Part shown: positions 56,026 through 64,000 of the stretch, in pieces | Layout of the letters: every line of letters starts with the position of its first letter | How positions within the stretch are numbered: position 1 is the first letter of the stretch | NCBI RefSeq assembly: GCF_006345805.1 | Contig: NC_043007.1 | Coordinates: 65,658,001-65,722,000, forward strand | Source of the DNA: Octopus sinensis | Lineage: Eukaryota | Reading direction: 5' to 3' | Length of the DNA: 64,000 nucleotides | The notes under the pieces: generated by a model | Seen by the model: only the letters and a program-made list of their open reading frames with translations | Database searches by the model: none | What the model was told of the DNA's origin: nothing | Program-made: the position numbers and the translations under genes

Positions 56026-56765
56026 TTAAAATAACAAAAATGGGACAAAAAGACAAGAACGCAAAACATCCAGACTGTTAGGTGATGCAAAAAAGGGGAC
56101 AATAAAACACCCAGACAGACGAAACAAAGAAAAATAGGACGGGTCATTCGGAGTTTTCTTTCCTCAGTCGAGTTCCAGATTATCTTTGCAATTTTGGCTG
56201 GTTATACTCCTGATTGCTCCAATCTGGTCAGCCCCAAGGAAAAACTAAGCTAAGAGCACTAGATTCCTTGAAAGAAAGCAGCGAATGTATACGAAAACAA
56301 GGACGGAAAAAACGGAGAAATGGTACACAAATACAAATAACAGGGCATTAACAACGGGTGTATTTCGACTAAGGAGGAATTAAATTAAGCTGGCGTGTGT
56401 AGAATTAAAACCTTACGGCAGGGGCATAACATTTGACTGACACAGGGAGGATTATAGATGTTGCACGGATGGTAGTCGAACCAAGAAAGAATGGTTAAGC
56501 TTGGCCGAACACCGGTCATGTGAGGAGAGAAGAGAGAAAGGTAGAGGCAGAGGGATAGAATAATTAAGGAGGAGCGAGAAAAAATGAAAGGGACAGAGTG
56601 AATTGAAAGAGGAGAGAAGCTGAGCTTGAAGAGAAAGCCAGAAAATGTGAGAGAGGGGGAACGAAAGAACGAAGAGTAGAATAAACGAAGTGTGAAGGAC
56701 TGGACAGAATGAAAGAATAGAAAGAATAATAGAGTCGTACAAAATTTATATATATATATACTTAC

Positions 56766-56827
56766 ATATGAGCGACCAAAGTGTACGTACGCCGGTTAAG
56801 AGGTTACATGCACGTAAATTCACATTG
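56766..56827 (-). other. Candidate exon A (62 nt; non-coding or alternatively skipped)
   Basis: Acceptor TTGTTATTTTAG and donor GTAAGT; its only open frame would create TGA when joined to exon B. Confidence 0.3.
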
Positions 56828-56866
56828 CTAAAATAACAATAATAATAAGAGGATTAGAAAATTTTC

Positions 56867-57251
56867 TCATGGATAACAGAAAGAAGACAGATACCAGTTT
56901 CAGTCGTTTAGGACGACTTCTTCATGCTGGAAGAAAATTGAGAGAAAAATTGAAATAAGTTAAATTAAACTTCCATAACAAATCGGTTCTGGAACTTCAT
57001 ATAAAAATCACATGGTGCTGCATTTCGTGTTGCTAGTTAATAAAACTATTTCATTAAACGGCCGTCTCTATCAATTAGCAACAATCAGAAGGACACGAAA
57101 TACAATAGCGAGTTCATGAATTTCCAGAACTGATTGTTATGGAAGTTTCATTTAATTTCAGTTCCCCCTCACCCGCCCTATTTTCTTCCAGCATGAAGAG
57201 GTTGTCTTAAACGACCGAAACCGCTTCATATTTTCTTTCTGCATTCCATGA
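56867..57251. repeat. Degenerate 385-bp palindrome centred on CGGCCG with a hammerhead-like motif in each arm
   Basis: TCTTCATGCTGGAAGAAAAT, AAACTTCCATAACAA and GTTCTGGAA blocks are mirrored in the two arms. Confidence 0.75.
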
Positions 57252-57279
57252 TAAAGTTCGCTATGTCCTTCCCAATTTT

Positions 57280-57329
<50 letters not shown>

Positions 57330-57350
57330 CCCACACACACACACACACAC

Positions 57351-58240
57351 AAGTGTCTTCTACTAGTCTCAGGCTGAACAAAGCTTTGTCAGTGGATTTA
57401 GTTGACGGAAACTGAAAGAAGACCGTCGTACATATATATATAAATGTGTTTGTATGTGTTCGTGTCTGTGCTTGTCCTTCCCCCCACCGCTTGACAACTG
57501 GTGCTGGTGTGTTTATGCCCACCTAAATTAGCGGTTCGACAAAACATACCGATAGAGTAAGTACCACGCTTAAAAAATATAAGTACTGGGGTTCATACAT
57601 TCGATAAAATTTCAAGGCAGTGCTCCAGTATACCTGCTGTCAAATGACTGAAACAAGTAAAAGATAAAAGATATTATAAAGTAGGTATACAGTTATGAAA
57701 ACAGATAACACGTGCCCTACTCATTTATTTTTATGAAAAAACTTAAAAGTTACGATAAAAGTATTATTATAGTTATGATAAAGGTATTATGATTAATGAC
57801 ACTTATTATGTAAAGAATGGCTAATTTAATATCTCTTTTACTCTCTTTTGTTTCAGTCATTTGACTGTGGCCATGCTGGAGCACCGCCTTTAGTCGAGCA
57901 AATCGACCCCAGAACTTATTCTTTGTAAGCCTAGTACTTATTCTATCGGTCTTTTTTGCCGAACCGCTAAGTTACAGGGGACGTAAACACACCAGCATCG
58001 GTTGTCAAGCGATGTTGGTGGGACAAACTCAGACACCCAAACCTATACACACACACACACACATATACATATATATGACGGGCTTCTTTTCAGTTTCCGT
58101 CTACTAAATCCACTCACAAGGCTTTGGTCGGCCCGAGGCTATAGTAGAAGCCACCTGCCCAAGGTGCCACGCAGTGGGACTGAACCCGCAACCATGTGGT
58201 TCGTAAGCAAGCTACTTACCACACAGCCACTCCTACGCCT
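57351..58240. mobile_element. Tail-to-tail inverted pair of family A SINEs
   Basis: 57351-57670 (+, head truncated) and 57842-58240 (-, full length). Confidence 0.85.
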
Positions 58241-58614
58241 AATAATTTGAATGCATCATGTGTAATATCATTGATGTGATACTTACTGTATACCTACTTT
58301 TGCACTCCATGTACATATATGTATATATGAAAGTGTGTGTGTGGTATCAAGTATCAAGTACGGAGATGAAATATGTGAAATATATATTTTGAGGTACCGT
58401 AGTGTCCATACAGTTGACGGAGATATTAACTCCTAGGGTGCAATACAGTAAGCAGATATGGAACGACATATACTCTTCATTATAAGCGATAAGGTCAGGA
58501 TCATTTTGCATGATTTGCAAGCTCAAATCTACGGTGTGAGTGTAATATGAAAAGTGTGTGATGCTATCAAAACATAATCTTTAGGTGATATCGTCAGGAA
58601 ATAATGGCACTCAC

Positions 58615-58681
58615 TTAAGCCATTTGTATCATATTTCTTCTTGTTTTGTATTTCTTCATATAAATTACATTTATCGATCAA
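58615..58681 (-). CDS. Weak candidate exon F (67 nt, phase 0-1)
   Basis: Acceptor CCGTTTCAG, donor GTGAGT; only frame 0 is open (LIDKCNLYEEIQNKKKYDTNGL); joins exon B in frame through AGA. Confidence 0.25.
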
Positions 58682-59696
58682 CTGAAACGGTTGACAACTC
58701 TCACTCGCAATATTTTCTGCATATCTTATTAAAATAAACTAAACTGAAGCAAAAGGGACTTCCTCTTTTTCCGACACTACGCGGCCCTAACAGAAGTGAA
58801 ATGACGACGGCATGAAGGAATATTAAAACACCTCATTGTCAGGAATGTGGCATAAATGAACCTCACATATCAAATTTCTGGTGACAAGACAGTTTCAATA
58901 ATAACAATAATAATTTCTTCATTTTAACCCTCAAATTATTCCTTGTCGTTTGATCGTACAGATATATTTTTTTTTATATTTCTTTCTTCCTTTATTCCAT
59001 TTTTAACATTTTAAAAATAATTCAACTCATTTTATTTGAATCTTTATTTGTTTCGTTCATTAATTCTTGTTTTTATTTCTTTCTTTCTTTTCATTTCTCT
59101 CTTTTTCTCTACATTCTACTCTCATTCTGCTTTCCTCACCCTTTTTCCTTCTTTCATTCTCTCTTTCTCTCTATCTGTTTAAAACTCCTTTTTCTCTCTC
59201 ATTCTTTATTTCTTTTTATTCGTAATATCTCTTGGAAACAAAATACAATAAAATACAATAAAATAAATTGAAATTAAAATGCATAAAAAATAATAATTAA
59301 TATTACCATCATTATCATTACGGCCCATTCTTCCTCTCTTTCCATTCTTTTCTTATTTTTTTTTCTTTCTTTCTGTATAAATTTGAAATTGTCAAAAATA
59401 CAGTCTGTCTTTTCTCTCTGACTGGCGTTTTGATGTCTTTACTAAAAAAAAAGAAAAAAAAAAAAAGAAAAAGAAAAATGCAGGATGGGATGGGGGAGAT
59501 CTAAAAGAGTACAAGAAATTAAAAACAACAACAAAAAAAAACACAACTAAATCTAAATTGTTATTTATTTATTTGGAATTAAAATTCTTGACTTCTCCAT
59601 TTAAAAATATTTGGTGCAGCTTTGTGTCAAACAAATAATACTGTACCCATCATCACGTACATTAAAGAAGATAACGGCAGTTAGAGGCGATACTGG

Positions 59697-60600
59697 GTGG
59701 TGGTGGTGATGGTGGTGATGGTTGTGGTGGTGAGGGTGGTGAAGGTGGTGGTGGTGGCGATGGTGGTGGTGATGGTAGTGGTGGTGATGGTGATGGTGGT
59801 GATGGTGGTGGAGGTGATGGTGGTGGTGGTGATGGTTGTGGTGGTGATGGTTGTGGTGGTGATGGTGGTGGTGGTGTTGGTAATGGTTGTGTCGGTAGTT
59901 ACGACGACCTGGTGGTTGTAGTGGTGATTGTGGTGAAGGTAGTGGAGGTGATGGTGGTGGTGATGGTTGTGGTGGTGATGGTGATGGTGGTGATGGTGGT
60001 GGAGGTGATGGTGGTGGTGGTGGTGATGGTTGTGGTGGTGATGGTTGTGGTGGTGATGGTTGTGGTGATGATGATGGTGGTAGTGATGGTGATGGTAGTT
60101 ACGACGGCCTGGTGGTTGTGATGGTGGTGATGGTTGTGGTGGTGATTGTGATGATGCTAGTGGTGGTTGTGGTGGTGATGGTGGTGATGGTGGTGATGGT
60201 TGTGGTGATGATGATCGTGATAGTGGTGATAGTGGTGATAGTGGTGGTAGTGATGGTTATAGTGGTGATGGTTGTGCCGATAGTAGCGACGGCCTGGTGG
60301 TGGTGATGAAGGTCATGGTTGTAGTGGTAGTAGTGGCGATGGTTGCGGTGGTGGTGATGGTTGTGGTGGTAATCGCTGTAACGGTGATGGTTGTGGTGAT
60401 AGTAATGGTTATGGTGATAGTAGTGATGGTTGTTGCAGTAGAGATTGTTCGTGTGATGGAGGTGAGGGTGGTGGTGGTAGTGGTGTTTGATGGGAGTGAA
60501 GTGGTTGTTGTTGGTAGTTGTGATATTTGGTGGTGGTTATGGTGTGGATTGGGAGAAGCGGTGGCAGTTCTGATGGTAGTGGTAGTAGTGGTGGATGCTT
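59697..60600. repeat. (GTG/ATG)n array with a 185-200 bp higher-order period
   Basis: Marker CGAC(G/A)..CTGGTGG recurs at about 59900, 60100 and 60287. Confidence 0.85.
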
Positions 60601-60979
60601 TTATTTGAGATGGACGGGAGGTACCATGGGTTTGCTGATGTTGCTGAATAATTTAACCCCAGGTCAGCTTTGATCGAATATGCCTATTATCAAAGGCATT
60701 CCAACCATGGCCGTCCTGTCATTTTCCATATTATTTATAGGAAAACTCATGACGATATTCTTTTTGTAAAACGGGAGTTTGAGTGTGATTTGAGGGTTTT
60801 GGTGGTGGTAGTGTTGGTGTTGTTGTTGTTGATGTTGCTGATGCTGTTGATGTTGTTGTTGCTGGTGTTTGAAGCGGTGATTGACACGGAAGGAAGTATA
60901 GTGATGTTCCTGGTGTTGTTTGGTCTCAGTTCAGGTCTGATCGAGCAGGCTCATGAGCAATTCCAGTCGTGACCAGTGG

Positions 60980-61140
60980 CGCGGGTGTGAGTGTGTGGTA
61001 AGAAGCTTGCTTTCCAATCACATGATTCTTGGATCGGTCAAACTGCATGGCATCTTGGGTAATTGACTTCTACTATAGCTCCGGGCCGACAAAAGCCTTG
61101 TGAGCGCATTTGGTGAACAAAGACTAAAAGACGCCTCAGT
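60980..61140 (+). mobile_element. Family A SINE head
   Basis: GTGTGGTAAGAAGCTTGC...AAAGCCTTGTGAG. Confidence 0.75.
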
Positions 61141-61184
61141 CATATACATACATACATAGATACACACACACAGACACAGACACA

Positions 61185-61257
<73 letters not shown>

Positions 61258-61278
61258 ACATACATATATATGTGTGTG

Positions 61279-61319
<41 letters not shown>

Positions 61320-61561
61320 GCATTTACATACATATATACAGATATTTACACACACACACACACAAACACACACAAACACACGCACATATAAAATGTCATT
61401 AATCCAAACAAGAGGAGGATTAGCAGAAATGAAGTTGAAACTGCACAGAAAATATATTAGAATTAATAAGAATTTAATTATATTTTGAAATCTAGGAACA
61501 CAACCGGTTTCACATTAGATTTTCAGAAGTGTATAGTGTATGGAGTGGAGAAACGTAACAT

Positions 61562-61790
61562 ATAGGTTAGGGGTGTTGTACTCATGATCGTTAGATTGTA
61601 GTTTCGATTCCTGGACCGTGGGATGTGTTGTGTTTTTTTTTTAGCAAATCACTTCATTTCACGTTGCTCTAGTCCATTCAGCTGGTAAAAATAAGTAATT
61701 CTGTTATGGACCGGCGTCCTGTCCGGGTAGGGAATATATGCGCAACGGAAACCGTCCGGTGAGTCTATACGACTCAGGAAGGAACTTTAT
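61562..61790 (+). mobile_element. Family D-like SINE
   Basis: GGTTAGGGGTG...GTTTCGATTCCTGG...TTCATTTCACGTTGCTCTAGTCCATTCAGCTGG, related to 745-1050. Confidence 0.6.
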
Positions 61791-61975
61791 TCTTCTTTGG
61801 AGTGTATGGGATTGTGCCATAAATTATGCCTATTCTGGCTATTATAAAACTTCTGTTTTTAATGTAGGAATGGGACTCAGAAGGTACAAACTGACTGATC
61901 AACACTCAAGTATTACGCTCATATATATAGGCGGTGCTCCAGCATGGCCGCAGTCAAATGACTGAAACAAGTACA

Positions 61976-62025
<50 letters not shown>

Positions 62026-62271
62026 CGTTGTGTATATGTATATATATGTATGTAATTGTTCAGTTGTATTTCAAAAGTTATTGCCAATAAAGAAAGAGCC
62101 GCTTTCTAACCTAGATTCAAGGTCCCTTCATTGGAATTCCAAGATCAACAACGATGTATTTTTGCTTGTATGTATGTATGTATGTATATGAGCAGATTTG
62201 TATGTTTTGCTTTATGCATGTATTCTCATGCATATAGTTGCATATCTAGACATACTCATATATCGGGTTAT

Positions 62272-62385
62272 GTTTAGGCGTGTTTGCTCAATAAACACTC
62301 CACAATGCCCGGTCTGGGAATTGAAACCGCGTTCTTACGACCGCGAGTCCACTACCCTAACCACGGGGCCATTGCGCCTCCACTG
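62272..62385 (-). mobile_element. Family C SINE head
   Basis: Reverse complement of GTGGAGGCGCAATGGCCCCGTGGTTAGGG...GGTTTCAATTCCCAGACC. Confidence 0.8.
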
Positions 62386-62429
62386 TTGCTGTTGTTGTTT
62401 GGGGCTGCGAGGCTATTGATGGTATTGAC

Positions 62430-62848
62430 GGCGGCGAGCTGGCAGAAACGTTACCACGCCGGGCGAAATGCGTAGCCGTATTTCGTCTGCCGTTACGTTC
62501 TGAGTTCAATTTCCGCCGAGGTCGACTTTGCCTTTCATCCTTTCGCGGTCGATAAATTAAGTACCAGTTACGCAGTGGGGTCGATATAATCGACTTAATC
62601 CGTCTGTCTGTCCTTTTTTGTCTCCTCTGTGTTTAGCCCCTTGCGGGTAGTAAAGAAATAGGTATTTCGTCTGCCACCACGTTCTGAGTTCAAATTCCGC
62701 CGAGGTTGACTTTGCCTTTCATCCTTTCGGGGTCGATAAATTATGTACCAGTTACGCACTGGAGTCGATATAATCGACTTAATCCGTTTGTCTGTCCTTG
62801 TTTGTCCTCTCTGTGTTTAGCCTTTACTGTGAGAAGTAAAGAAATAGC
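62430..62848 (+). mobile_element. Family B SINE plus a tandem 5'-truncated copy
   Basis: Full copy 62430-62662; the second starts at ATTTCGTCTGCC (62663) and ends AAAGAAATAG. Confidence 0.88.
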
Positions 62849-62959
62849 TATTGATGGCATCGGTGCTGGTATGTGAGTGGTGTCCTTTAATAGTAGTGTT
62901 GTATGGTTGTGCTTATTGGTGTTTGTTGTAACAAGGAAGGGGATGATAGTTTTGGTAAT

Positions 62960-63920
62960 GACGATGATGGTGTAATGGTAGTAGTAGTAGTAGTTGTTGT
63001 AGTTGTAGTAGTTGTAATAGTAGTTGTTGTTGTTGTTGGTGGCAGCGGCGATTGTTGTGATTACTCTGATGACGACGACTATGATGATGATGATGATGAC
63101 CATGATAGAGATGATGGTGATAATGAGGAAGGTGGTGATGGTGGTGGTGATGATGCTGATGATGAAAGTGTTGGTGCTGATGACAACGACGACAACGACG
63201 ATGATAGTGAGGATGATGATGGTGGTGGTGGTTTAGTGATGATGAGGATGGTGATGTGATTTAATAGTTATGTTCGCCGAGATTAATGACCGAGGGTGGA
63301 GCGAGCCGGGTAGTTGGTGCCACTATTGACATGGGATGCGTGGTGGCTGATAGTCACGAAAGATGACACTGCGTAATGGATGGTACGTTGGGCGAGATGG
63401 TGGTTGTAGTGGTAGTGAACATGGCTGAGCTGGTGATCGCGGTGCCCGCGTAATTATAGTGGTGGTAGTGATGGTGGTGGTGGTGGTAGTAGTAGTAGTA
63501 GTAGTGATGGTGGTAGTGGTAGTGGTATTTGGGGTATTGGCGGTGGTAGTGGTGGTGGAAGTGTTTGCGGCAGTGGTGGTTTTGTTAGTATTGGTTGTAG
63601 TAGTGGTAGTGGTTGAAGTGTTGGTGTTGGTAATGGTGGTGGTGGTATTATTTGTGGTAGTGTTGGTGGTGGTGCAGGCTGTGGTACTGGTAGTAGTGAT
63701 AGTGGTGGTGGCGGTGGTGGTGGTTGTGGTGGTGGTGGTGGTGGTGTGGTGGTGGTGGTGGTGGTGGTGGTGGTGGTGGTGGTGGTGGTTGGTGGTGGTG
63801 GTGGTGGTGTGTGGTGGTGGTGGTGGGGTGGTGGTGGTGGTGGTGGTGGTGGTGGTGGTGGTGGTGGTGGTGGTAGCGGTAGTGGTGGTGGTCGTGGCGG
63901 CGGTGGTAGTCGAGTGGTGG
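62960..63920. repeat. (GTA/GAT/GTG)n arrays
   Basis: Direct reading. Confidence 0.95.
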
Positions 63921-64000
63921 TAATTCTAGTGATAATTAGCAGGGAACAAAGTTAGAGGTCATATAGTTTCAGAAGAGTTTAAATATTTTCTGCCTTCTTT

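Noticed and set aside
56140-56185. Minus-strand CTGAGGA...CCGAATGACCCGTC hammerhead-like string
   Set aside because: No GAAA core and no convincing stem II.

Overview
Eukaryotic, AT-rich, repeat-saturated genomic DNA, mostly intronic or intergenic in character. The SINE, microsatellite and LINE make-up resembles an octopus (coleoid cephalopod) genome; this is inference from recalled repeat sequences, not a search. Almost all six-frame ORFs are translations of microsatellites. Real content: (1) at least five SINE-like families, about 35 copies; (2) six 5'-truncated R4/Dong-like non-LTR retrotransposon ends and five copies of a non-coding element with a fixed 3' end, nearly all tied to (TAA/CAA)n arrays with strict strand polarity; (3) L1/Tx1-like LINE relics; (4) DNA transposons: mariner, a maT-like Tc1/mariner, a piggyBac deletion derivative, a hAT MITE and four short Helitron-like elements including a perfect head-to-tail dimer; (5) a nested structure at 16839-20686 where removing a 2622-bp TC...CTAG-bounded insert restores the in-frame C-terminus of the maT-like transposase; (6) one well-formed minimal hammerhead-ribozyme motif plus degenerate ones; (7) candidate minus-strand exons that splice in a consistent phase into an unidentified protein. 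No tRNA/rRNA gene or CRISPR array is supported. Repeat boundaries were read by eye (about +/-10-20 bp) unless a terminus motif is quoted.
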